64,000 nt of DNA from the human T2T-CHM13v2.0 reference genome, Homo sapiens. This document shows positions 18,078-31,600 of this stretch, one piece after another. Under the pieces are notes generated by a model. That model saw nothing but the letters and a program-made list of their open reading frames with translations. It did not search any database and had not been told where the DNA came from. The stretch is taken from NCBI RefSeq assembly GCF_009914755.1, contig NC_060938.1, one strand, 5' to 3'. Position 1 is the stretch's first letter, and each line of letters opens with the position of its first letter. Position numbers and translations under genes: made by a program.

Positions 18078-18643
18078 AAGTATAGTATTCTTAACATTGA
18101 ATTTGTGTTGCAAGGACTCCTGGGAAGAGAGAAGACTCAGGTTTGTCCATGCCCATCAGAAGGAGGAGCACACTGCCGTTCTCAGTCTATTGGTTGTTTT
18201 GGCATAGATCTTTGTGGATTTTGTTTCTGTTTCTTTTTGTACCCAATAGCCATAACTATTGTTTGCTAATTCTTTTCCTTTTCTTTATTGCAGACTTACC
18301 CTCTAGTTCTCTGCTTCCTCTTTACCACCTTTCCACTCTCCTTACCTCCCCAACACTCAAATTACCAGAAGCCTTTGGAAGAATACATTTCCTCACTGGT
18401 TTGTTTACCCCAAATTTATATTGATTAACTTTTTACCATTCTAGGAGTTTTGATCTGGGTAACGTAGGAGGTTGAATAAGAAAGTATTGAGACTCTTTAT
18501 CAATGCCTTTTGATAGCATTTGTGTAGCTGAAAATAATCTTGGGGCCAAGATAATGACCCTAACTTTAGAGAAAGATAAGGACTAGTACCCTGAAAGATT
18601 GAACTTCCCTCTCAACCTATAGTTGTGACTTGTTATATTACAG

Positions 18644-18686
18644 GGAGAAAATATCAGATACACAGAAAGACTGGAAGTTCTTTGAG
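18644..18686 (+). CDS. PPP1R36: PPP1R36 small coding exon (43 nt, phase 2-0): EKISDTQKDWKFFE
   Basis: ttacAG acceptor, GAG|GTgagt donor; needed to convert phase 2 to the phase 0 of the next exon. Confidence 0.87.
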
Positions 18687-19000
18687 GTGAGTCACTTATG
18701 TTTTGGTGCTTTTTGATATGAAACAATATATACCAACAACCAATGGCCATTTGTCAGGCACTTATTTTTAGTGAATATCCTTTCTAAAAGACGGTGCTAA
18801 CAAGCTATATGCTATACCTTAAATTGTTGGTCTGATTTTCCTCATGCAAAAGTGAGTATGTGTATAATTTTTCATTGTTTCAGGAATATTGGGAAATTGG
18901 GTCATCTGGGTTTGTGTCTGCTTAGCTGTGTTATACAGACAGGTAAGAGTTTTCCATTTCACAGCTAAGGATCGTGATTCTTGTCTATTTTTTGTTGTAG

Positions 19001-19179
19001 TCCTTTTATACTTTCTGTACATATGTGGCTTGGATTGTCTTCCGACGTCAACACTTGACAGAGATTGAAGAAGAAGTAGGGAGACTCTTTCGTACCAATA
19101 TGTTCAACATTCCTCGCAGGAGGCGTGAAGATGAGGAATCAGGAGGGGAAAAGAAACGCATGACTTTTGTTCAGTTCAG
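19001..19179 (+). CDS. PPP1R36: PPP1R36 coding exon (179 nt, phase 0-2): [59 protein letters not shown](R)
   Basis: tttttgttgtAG acceptor, CAG|GTatga donor; in frame with ORF-track 19025..19393 up to the donor. Confidence 0.9.
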
Positions 19180-19214
19180 GTATGACCTTTTGACTTTCCT
19201 ATGCTCAGGGGTAT

Positions 19215-19854
<640 letters not shown>

Positions 19855-19901
19855 TAGAAAACAGGGTGATATGACCTAAATGTCACCTTCCTCCCTGACA
19901 G

Positions 19902-20093
19902 GAGAATGATGGCAAAACGCCCAGCAATTAAAAAAGCCATCAACATGCGTTCTCCAGTCATGTCTACTCTGCTGCCATCTCTCAGAGAAAAAGCTCAAAA
20001 CGTCTTTGAGAAAAAGTATCATCAAGTAGACGTCAGATTCCCAGCCGAGATGCAAAAGCATGTGGGAACTCTGGACTCTGTGCCCATGCCGGT
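19902..20093 (+). CDS. PPP1R36: PPP1R36 coding exon (192 nt, phase 2-2): RMMAKRPAIKKAINMRSPVMSTLLPSLREKAQNVFEKKYHQVDVRFPAEMQKHVGTLDSVPMP(V)
   Basis: ccttcctccctgacAG acceptor, GTaagt donor at 20094; ORF-track 19906..20097. Confidence 0.9.
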
Positions 20094-20353
20094 GTAAGTG
20101 GCTTGGCAAGAGAAGCATGAGTGCCTTGAGGTGGCATCCCAGGTGGGGCTGGAAGGGGCAGGGGCCCAGGCACCATGCCTCTGCCAGGGAATCGAGCCAT
20201 GATGACAGCCCCCATTTTCTTACTTCTGCCCTGCTCCCCTCCTAGTTTCCTTTCTAGAGAATCTTGAGGTACACCCATCTAGACCAGAAAAACAATTGCT
20301 AGAAAGTGGTGCTAGACTCCAAATAGTTCTAGTTTGGAGGAGTGAGTAACTGA

Positions 20354-20656
<303 letters not shown>

Positions 20657-20948
20657 TGTAACTGAATTTTTTTAAGGCTGAGGTTTTTCTATTAGTAGAA
20701 TCACCTTTGAGAAATGTGGGAAGCGCTAGTACAAAATCTTGCTAAGGATTTACTTTTGGAGTCATATATAAGACTACAGTGGTAGTTCATGGAAACAGGG
20801 AAAGTTTTTAAAAAGAGAGAAAGAGTATATCTTAGCTTTAGTGTACATACACACACACATACATACACACAACCACAATCACAGTCTCAACCCTGCACGT
20901 CAGTCTTTGGCCTCATCACTTCAGCTATCCCAATAATTCTTTTCACAG

Positions 20949-21135
20949 AGTTGGCATCTTGGGGGAGCCTCGATGTCTATTCAACCCACATACGCTTCAC
21001 CCCCTTGATCCAGAAGAAAACACAAAATCATTTGGGAGATATCCTTCCTTGATGGAAAACAATAACATGAGGATTCAGGATACACTGGACTTGGTCATGA
21101 AAACACTGTCCTCTCATACATCATGCCCTAAGTAA
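20949..21135 (+). CDS. PPP1R36: PPP1R36 terminal coding exon: [61 protein letters not shown]-stop
   Basis: ttcttttcacAG acceptor; phase-2 join; 61 codons then TAA at 21133-21135. Confidence 0.9.
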
Positions 21136-21156
21136 CCTGGTACATTCCATATCTCA

Positions 21157-21162
21157 AGTAAA
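21157..21162 (+). terminator. Probable non-canonical polyadenylation signal AGTAAA of PPP1R36
   Basis: AGTAAA about 20 nt after the stop, followed by a GU/U-rich element (gttattcgttgttattattatt, ~21186-21207); no AATAAA nearby. Confidence 0.6.
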
Positions 21163-21424
21163 CTACTTTGACTTTATAGAAGATGGTTATTCGTTGTTAT
21201 TATTATTAAGCTTTTAAAATTTTTCAAATTATCTGGTTAAAAGTTGAACAGCAGACAAAGAATTCCTGAAAGCTCTTGAAAAGCTCATTTTCCTATTTTT
21301 AGTAGTTTGCTTTGTTTATGTATTTATTTGAGCTCTATGTGACTACTAAGAGTAATGTATTAGAACATTTAGTCAGTGCTGTAGTTTACTAGTGAAGAAC
21401 CATGCTGTTTATTCATTTCTCGAA

Positions 21425-21750
<326 letters not shown>

Positions 21751-21909
21751 TGAGATGTCTTCTTTGGTACATGTGAAAACAGAACTTCATAATCAAAAAA
21801 GGCACATTAAGACTTTTTAACTTTAATCTCTTTCTATGACTATATTATTATTGTTATTACCGGCCTTGGGATATAAAGTATATCAGATTCATTTAGAAGC
21901 CTTTTAACA

Positions 21910-22400
21910 TTCATTCTTTCATTTATTCATTTAACAACAAATATATATTAAGCCCCTATTCCATCCAGAGCCGTGTACTAGGTTATGCAGAAAAAAAAGA
22001 TGAAGACAAAGACAATATCCTCCAGGTCTATGTAGCAGAGAAGATAAATGAAATACACCATCACAATATAATATTAAATATGTTATTGGCCACAGAAGTG
22101 ATAAACACACAAAGTGCTCAAGAGGACAGAGCCATGGAGCAGTCAGTTCTGAGGGCAGCAGGAGAGTTCTGATTTGAACTTAGCTTTGGAGGGATTCAGT
22201 GGTACTGAAAGGGAACTTGCAGTCAGAGGAAGAGTGCTTGCAAAGGCACAGAGATGGGAAAGTGGACCCTGTGACTGCGGAATGCCAAGAGCATGGTGTC
22301 TGCAGCAGGCAGCCTGAGAAGGTCAGGCCTGAAAGGTCAGCTGAGTCCTGGACATCCAGCTAGGGAGTGAGTTGGATGTTATCTGGTAGGCAGTGAAGAT
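21910..22400 (-). mobile_element. L2 remnant
   Basis: (ttca)n-like tail, then atatattaagcccctatt...ccgtgtactagg L2 3' motif. Confidence 0.55.
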
Positions 22401-22818
22401 AAAGAATCACTAATAAAACCAATTCACTAGATGGAATACAGAGCTGTTGATTATATAATATTATCATTTTAAAAGTCCTGTAAGGGTATAGAGTTTAGTC
22501 ACCTAAAACAACTGGACTAAATTTGCCAGGCCACAGGTTTGTCCTCAGACTTCAACATCCTCCTTTGGCATTCAGCTTCATAAAAAACTGGACACCTTTC
22601 CCAGATTCAATATCCAGGGCAGAAGAACATCAATTCCAGCCTATTGGTATTGGGGCATCTTCTTAAACATGCACTCTGTCTTCATCCTCTCATCCTTTAT
22701 TACCCACATCAACTCCTGGACTATCAGCTAACCCTGGTTGGCCTTTTTTTTAAAGTGGAGAATTAGATTATAATGCACTCTGTTATAACAAATTTTTAAC
22801 TAGAATATGTTGACATGG

Positions 22819-23439
<621 letters not shown>

Positions 23440-23549
23440 TGTTTAATAAGTATTTTTCAAAAAGAAAACCTTGGAATTATGAGACGTTTGTAACTATCTT
23501 TACTAGGCTTTTCTCTTGCTCCTTTCTGAACTATGAGGCTTAGATATAT

Positions 23550-23920
23550 TTCATTTATTCATTCTTAAGTTTACATTTTTTATTCTACAATTACTATATC
23601 CCCACTCTGTGCTAGGCACCACATTAGGTGCTGGGAATTCAGTGTGGATGAAATAAATATAGCCTGCTCAGTTATGGAACTGACAGTCTTGAGGGAAGAC
23701 AGGCATGAAACAAATACTCAGATTATGAACAAATTGCCATGGTGATGATTGCCGCAAAAGAGAAGAAGAGGATGCTGTTAAAATGTATCATCAGAGGCCT
23801 GCTGGTATGGGGGAGATTGTCAGGGAAAGGGAAAGTCGTCCCTGAGGAATCGACATTTAAATCTGAGAACTGATGACTCATAGGATTTGGAGAGGTGGGA
23901 AGTTAGGAGGGGAATATTCC
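23550..23920 (-). mobile_element. L2 remnant
   Basis: cactctgtgctaggcaccacattaggtgctgggaattcag L2 motif. Confidence 0.6.
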
Positions 23921-23924
23921 TGGT

Positions 23925-24130
23925 TGTCTTCATTATCTACTGCTGTATAACATTACCTCAAAACATGGTAGCTTAAAACAGCAACATTTATTGTCTCATA
24001 GTTTTGGTAGGTCAGGAATATGGTGGCAGTTAGCTGACTACTTTCACTCAGGGTCTCTCAAAAGGCTTCAAAGTGGCAACCAGGGCTAAAGTGAAGTCAT
24101 TTAAAGGCTCAGTTGGGGATTGACCCCACT
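23925..24130 (-). mobile_element. MLT1-family LTR fragment
   Basis: tatctactgctgtataacattacctcaaaac...gcttaaaacagcaacatttattgtctcatag. Confidence 0.65.
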
Positions 24131-25930
24131 GAAGACTGCAAAAGATCACTGAAATAAATTAAAGAAAACCTAAATAAATATGAAGACATGTCGGTGGTTT
24201 GGAAGACAATATTGTTATGATGGCAGTAATCCCCACGTTAATCTACATATTCTGTGCAATCCCTATCAAAACCCTAGCTCACTCTTTTGCAGAAATGGAC
24301 AAGATGATTCTAACATTCATATAAAATTTTAAGGGATCCAGAATAGCCCAAATAATCTTGAAAAAGAAGAACCAAGTTGGAGGACTAACACTTTCTGATT
24401 TCAAACTTACTACAAGCTTTAGAAATCAAGACCATGTGGTACTGGTGTAAGAACAAATACTTAGATCAATGAAATAGAATCAAAAATCTAGAAATAAATG
24501 CATGTATTATGGGCCATTGATTTTTGATAAGGGTGCCAAGACAATTCAATGGGGAAAATAATATTTTCAACAAATGGTTCTGAGACAACTAGATATTCAC
24601 AAGCAAAAGAATGAAGTTGGATCCATACCTCACACCATATGCAAAATTGAACTCAACATGGATCATAGACCTAAATATAAGAGGTAAAACTAGAACACTA
24701 TTAGAAAAAAAATAGGAGTAAATCCTTATGTTGTTGGGTTAGGCACTAGTTTCTTGAATACGACACCAAAAGCACAAGCAACCAGAGAAAAATTGGTAAA
24801 TTGGACCTCATCAAAATTAATAACTTCTGTGCTTCAAAGGACATTATCAAGAAAATGATGGTGATGGTTGTATAACTCTGAAAATACTAAAAACAACCAA
24901 ATTGTTACATTTTAATGAGTGAATTGCATGGCATGTGGATTATATTTCAGTAAAGCCATTATAAAGAAAAATAAGAAAGTACAAACACAACCCCCCAAAA
25001 TGAGAGAAAATATTTGTAAATCACGTATGTGAAGAGTCTAGTATTCAGAATATAAAAAGAACTTTGATTTCACAATTAAAAAGACACAATATTTAAATGG
25101 GCAAAGGATTTGAACAGACGTTTATCCAAAGAAGTTGTATAGCTAACCAATAAGCTCATGAGAAAATGCTTAACATCAGTAGTCATTTAAAAAATGCAAA
25201 TCAAAACTACAAGGAGATACCACTTCACACCTAGTAGGATGGCTGTAAGCAAAACAACAAGAGCAAGTGTCAGTGAGGATGTGGAAAAATTGGAACCCTC
25301 CTAACATTGCTGGTGGGAATGTAAAATGATGCAGCCACTTGGAAAACTAGCATTTCCTCCAAAAGTTAAGCACAGAGTTACCATATGACCCAGCAATTCC
25401 ACTCTTAAGTATGTCCAAGAGAAATGAAAACATTACATTCATGCAAAAACTTGCCCACAAATGTCATAGCAGTATTATTCATTACAGCCCCAAAATGGAG
25501 CAACCTAAATGTCCTTCAGTTGATGAATGGATAAACAAAATGCAGTTTATCCATATAGTGAAACATTATGCATCCGTAAAAAGGAATGAAGTACTAATTC
25601 ATGCTACAAGGTGAATGAAATTTGAAAATATTATGCTAAGTGAAAGAAGCCAGACACAAAAGGACACATAATGTATGATTCCAATTGTATGAAATGTCCA
25701 GCATAGGCAAATCCATAAAGACAAGGTATTATTAGTGGTGCCAGAAGCTGCTGGGAGGAGGGAATGGGGAGTGACTGCTAACAGGTGGAGTTACTTTTAG
25801 GGGAGATGAAAATGTCCTAGAATTAGATAATGCTACTGGTTGTACAGCTTTGTGAATATAGTAAAAAATCACAGAGTTGTACACTTTAAAAGGGTGGATT
25901 TTATGGTATGTGAATTCTATCTCAAACAAG
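24130..25930 (+). mobile_element. L1MB-like ORF2 3' part and 3' UTR
   Basis: Degenerate L1 ORF2 (gacaagatgattctaacattcata...; QPKCPSVDEWINKM) and L1MB-type 3' UTR. Confidence 0.88.
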
Positions 25931-26370
25931 CAAAGTCTGAGAAACTGCAACATGATTGCTAAATGTAATACAGTATCCTGGATGGGCTTCTAAAAAAGGA
26001 AGGTAGAAATTAAGAAAATTCTAATAAAGTATAGGTTTTAGTTAATAATACTTATTATTATTATTACTTTTTTAATTTTTAGAGACAAGATCTCCCTATA
26101 TTGCCCAGGCTGTTCTCGAACTCCTGGGCTCAAGTGATCCTCCTGCCTCAGCTTCTCAAAGTGTTGGGATTGTACACACCTGGCCAATTTTAGTTTATAA
26201 TAATGTTCAATATTGGTTCATTAACTGGGCAGATGTACTGTACTCATATAAGATGTTAAGAATAGGGGAAACTGGGTGTGGGGTATACAGGAACTCTCTA
26301 TACTGTTTTCCCAATTTTTCTGTAAATCCAAAACTATTCTAAAAGAAAACGTTGACTTTAAAAAATGTTC
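25930..26370 (+). mobile_element. L1MC-like 3' end with an inserted FLAM (~26050-26185, - strand)
   Basis: aataggggaaactgggtgtggggtatacaggaactctcta motif; Alu monomer inside. Confidence 0.7.
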
Positions 26371-27599
26371 AGCAAATATTTACATAGTACCTGCTATGTG
26401 GATGTAGAGGACAATGTGCAGTCCTTTACTCAAGTTGCTCTCTGGGCAGAAGGGTGAGGATAAGACAAATACATACTCAAAAAGAGGCCAAAAGTCAGAA
26501 ATAAAGAGACATAATGCCTAGGGCTTAAAGGAGAGAGCCTATCGGGGGGATGGAGGGATGGGCATAAGGTTGGTTCTTGAAGATGTGTGGGGCCTGGCTA
26601 GGCAGAGTTGGGGTGGGGATCAGGGAATGCTTCATGAGGTCCTTACAGGGTTTGAAACCGGGTGGCCATGTTCTTTGGAGCTGGACTGTGGGGTTGGTTA
26701 GAAGGTAGTGAGGACTTCTCCCTTAAATAGGAAAGATAGGGTCTTACTGCTTAACCTTTTGCCAGTGGCTGCAGAGGTCTCTTTGTTTTAAGGCCGTCTA
26801 CTCCAGGCTCCTATCACACTTGAACCATCACCCTCTTCTGAGATTCAGCCTGCCCCACTATGTCAGCATTTCCATCTTCACATCTGTTTGGGGCTTCAAT
26901 ATCATCACAGATACAAACCATCCTATTTAGGACTTGACATATAGCATTCTGATCTCTTAGGTAATTATTTTACTATATTAAGAAGGAAAAGTAAATTGGA
27001 GTCCTCCAGGCCCCATTACCATTCATCTCTCCTCCCTCTGAACAAGTTTCAGGTTGCAGAAAGAAGTTTCAGGGAACCAAAACCATGGGATGGACTCCCA
27101 CCCCTTGTTTTATTTGCAGATCTCTCTGCTTTCATCTCTAGAGCAGTCTGTGCCTGGCAGCAGGTTCATAAAGTTGTTCTGTGTCTGAGTTTGGGGACAT
27201 GCTGGTGGCTGTCCCTGTGGGGTGATGTCTCAGGCAGTCTAGGTGAGCCATGCCAAGAGGCTTGGTGTCTGGGACCACTTCCTTTGCACCTTGGTCTCCC
27301 TCCTCCTTGTGCAGAATAATTTGTTCTCATTTCCTTTACCTCTCCTACCTCTAACCCAGAGGCTCATGCAGAACACAAAGAAAATGCCCTGGGACTGAGG
27401 GCCTGGGCCCTCTCCCTGAGAGGTCAGGTCACACTGAAACCTGGTACAATAGTGGTAACCCAAGCCTAAGACCTTGGTTGGGGGATGTCACTTCTCCCAC
27501 TTCCACTGGCCAGTGTCAGAACATTGGCTCTATTTAGAATCAAATTCTTCAGTCTATTTGTGGTTGCCCCATATCAACCAGTACTTCTACTGGAAACCA

Positions 27600-28500
27600 T
27601 TTTTAATGACATCTTCCCCACTACTTCCCACAAGTGATACTTGTTCAGTGTAAAAAACCTTAGAAAACACAAAGAAAAAATTAAACACTCATAATCTCAT
27701 GACCCAGAAAAACTTATTGTTAATATTTTCAGTCATTTGTGTGCATATATGTACAAGCAAAATGGGGTCATACCATGTACCCTTTTGGCAACCTCCCTCT
27801 TTCACATGGTAGTACATCATGAACATTCTCCTACATCAGCCAATATTCTCTTAAAACATGATTTTAATTGCCCCACAGTGTTCTATGGTTTGATATGCCA
27901 CAGTGTACTTGCCCACTCCTCTACCTTTTTTGTTTTTGTTTTTTAAAGAGACTGGATCTCGCTATGTTTCTCAAGCTGGACTTGAACTCTTGGGCTCAGG
28001 AGATGCCCTGGCCTAAGCCTCCTGAGCAGCTGGGACTGCAGTGTGCACCACTGCACCTGGCTTTCAATCCCCTACTTTCTTTTACACACATGTTGCCGCT
28101 CAAATTACTGGTCATTTCCTTAGGATAAGCTCCTGCAAGTGATACTGCTGCATCAAAGGGCAGATTCATTCTCAAGAACTTACTAGTGTCAAATTTTCTC
28201 CCAAAATGCTAGCTCCAAAGCATATTACCTGCATCTGTGTATGAGAATGCTCACTTTCTCGCCACTTGCGAACTCTGGGCATTATGATTTCTTGGAATCC
28301 TTGCCAAGTCTATAATAGTAAAAAATGGAATCATATGTTTGTTTAACTTACATTTCCAATTAACAGTAAGGCTGAGTACCTCTTCACATTGGCCATTTGT
28401 GCCTCTCCTTTTGTGAATAATCACCTATTCATACTCTTTGCTTATTTTTCTATTAACAAACTATCATTCTCTTACTGATTTGTCATTCTTTGAAGAGATT
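27600..28500 (-). mobile_element. Old L1M fragments with a FLAM monomer (~27925-28061)
   Basis: Degenerate reverse L1 3' motifs (ttggccatttgtgcctctccttttgtgaat). Confidence 0.55.
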
Positions 28501-28657
28501 GCAAAGATTCTTATGAGGAAAACAGGTTACAGAAAAGCTGAATAGAATAAGATCCCGTATGTGTGAAAAACACCTACACTTACATATTTAGAAGATCTGG
28601 AAGGAAATAACTATTAACAATGGTTCTGAGAAGTAAGACTAAAAGTTATTTTTCTTT

Positions 28658-31600
28658 TTTTTGTTTACTTTTCATTTATTCACATTTCATGGATTGTTAC
28701 ACTTCCTCGATGGGAGCATTCAAAAACTAATACAAGCTGAGATTATATTGTCTGGACAATTCAAGTATTTTAGTTTTAGAAAACAATTTCCTATTTAAAG
28801 TAAAAAGCAAACAATTTATCCATCTGATTGCTAAGAAGTTTTACATCTCCATTACAATTGTGTCTGCATCAAACGGAGAGTCCTTCATCCTCAATATGAT
28901 TGTTACTGGTTGAGAACATAGAGTGGCCTGTGTTCTGAGTGCCTGATTGGAAAAGACCTCCCCGTCATCTACCATACTACGGGACAAATCAGTATCTACT
29001 CAAATTCCCACTTCCAGAATGAGAGGACTCATCAGGGGTTTAGGAGTTTGCAAAGCCTTCAAAATGTATTGTGCTTGAATTTTGACTCTTCTGAAATAGA
29101 ATAACTGACAAATGCTCAAAAAACAAACTTATTTAACTTTTACTGAAAAGGCTCTCAGTGAAAACTTGTTTTGAACTCTACCAGAAGGTAGAATATTAGT
29201 TTTTCTTCCTCTCCACACCAGAAAAGGTAGTTTTTTCTTTTTTCTTTTTTTGACATGCAGCATATATAAAATGATCTAGAATTGAAATTGTAAAATAGAA
29301 TAATCCTCTTAAAGAAAATCAGCCCATGAACAGTCAGACTTGTCCTTCCATGGAAAACATAATCTAAACTTCTTTAAAAACTGGCCATATTTTCAGTCTG
29401 TAATTCAAATAATGAATATGGCATAACAAATTTTTTTGCTTACTAGGAATGCGCAAAAGGATGAGATGGATACACAGGTTTAAAAAAAAAAGGCCACTGG
29501 GATACTTAGTATTTGTCCAGATGCAAAACAATTTCAGAATAACAAAATACACACCTTGCTTTAGGCCACGTATATGATACACTTCATAGATTCTCAAACA
29601 AAAGATGAAAATTTCAGTCCACATTAAACATTTTAAAGCATAATTTCTAATATTTTGTTAAAAATAAGTCAAACTAAAATAACGCATAAATCAGAATTAC
29701 CTGTTAACATAGTGGGGAAAATAGGTAAGCCCTCCGGGGCCCCCGTGCCCCAAGTAAAAGACAAGGAGTTAAATTTTACAATTAAATCCACGTATACTCA
29801 GGCACTTTACACTAATAATCAAAGTGGAGACCAACCAGTTCCTAAAGCATAAAAGAGTGATTTTAAGAAAATATCACATTTTGAGTTATGGTATATTCAT
29901 CACATTTTTCCCTGTAATTTTCACTTTAACAGTGATAGTCTTAGCAGCAAAAATTTGCTGGGAATGTTAGGAAAAAAGGAAGCCACACATACCCACTAAT
30001 TTAAAAATATATAAACTATTTTTTTACAGAAGGGGCAGGTTTAAAAGAAAACCCAATCATGATCTTTTCATGCCATTTTTTGTGAACTTTCCATACACAC
30101 GCAGACGCTAACAAAGTACTGTGTCATATACACTGAAGTGTCCTAAAGATGCTTGTGAGCTGCTGATTGCAGCTGACACCAGGGAAGCATGTATGGCTAA
30201 GTTGCAACAAACTTAAATTTGTTCCCCTTAGTTCTTCATCTTTTTAAAAGTTGAATAAACTTAATGTCAATCAGGCAGGGCCGGTATTAACAGCATCAAC
30301 CACTTGCTTACTATGAATCATCTGCAACAGAAACTCACGTGCATTCTCAATTCTAAAAAGTCAGTGTAAAAATAATGGCCACTTCCTCCCTAGGTGCCTA
30401 CTATAGCTATGTCTGACAGCATCCTGTAACAGTACAAGCACACCTCTCTCTGCACGGATTCATCCAAAGCCACACACTAGGGCCAAATTCTCCCAGTGGA
30501 ATCAAAACACTGAAAGTAGAGCAAGAATCTTATGACAACGTTGGCCCAATCACACCTCAGGTACTTAGAAGTTCATCATATTTGATCATAAAATTGCTCC
30601 TGGCTCCAAACCTTACACTTAAAGACTGTAGTTTTAAAAAAGCCACTGTACAGTCCACAATTATTCTGACTATTCTTTTCTAAATGAGAATGCGCTACGC
30701 ACTGAAGATCAGAACACACACACGTGAGCCCTTGGGCACTGACCCTGCCTGTACACAAGATCAGCTGGTACTAGTCTCAAATGATTCATGAGGAATCAAA
30801 GTAGAAATTTAAACATTCAATTCTGTATCTCATTCATGTGCCCAGAGTCTTCAAAGAATGCTCGTGTTAGTTACCTGACGGCTCTGGAGAAGTGACATGG
30901 ATATTCGTGTGCATAACCATGGCTCCCTTCCAAACAGACAAATGGAATCTTACTCTTAAAAAAGTAAAGATATTTCAGATATCAAATGTATAATATACTG
31001 CTGTCTAAAGTTAAAGGCAAAATGTACACACGATTTTCTCTTCCATTACCTTATTACGTGTTTCCTAGTGAATTCACATGGCTTGTGTGTCAAAGCTCCC
31101 AGGCACGTCACTTGGTCATAGTTTTCATATGCGTGGGGTTGATCATGGTACAAATGCCTATGAGCATCTTCTTTTTCTAGGATGGTCTCATTTGACTGTC
31201 ATTTCGTAAGGGTTCACTCTCCATGGTGTAGATGATAAGCTACCAAATTTGTGCTTTTAAACCCATTCCTGGCAATCCCCCTTTATCTTCATTTTGTCTT
31301 TAGGGGGATAAAGAAGTAACACTACCTCATGAATAGAAACTACAAAGCCAAAAAACTCCTTCACAAGCTGTTCATTTCTTTTTAGAATGAAAATGCAGGT
31401 CCTGAATTCTTGTGAAGCAGCCCACAGGGTTACAGGCCAATGATTCGAACGCTGAGGTGAACACTTAGTACTCACATTTTAGCTTCAAAATAAAAATAAA
31501 GCAGAGGACAAACGCCTGTCACAGCGTGGCAGCCTGGTTCATTTGATAACACAAGTCTCACACGTCGGCTGAGCCCACTGGAGAGAAGCACACAGGCCAG

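Noticed and set aside
19151-19177. KKRMTFVQF as the PP1-docking RVxF motif
   Set aside because: Met replaces the required Val/Ile; the real motif may lie in exons upstream of this window.
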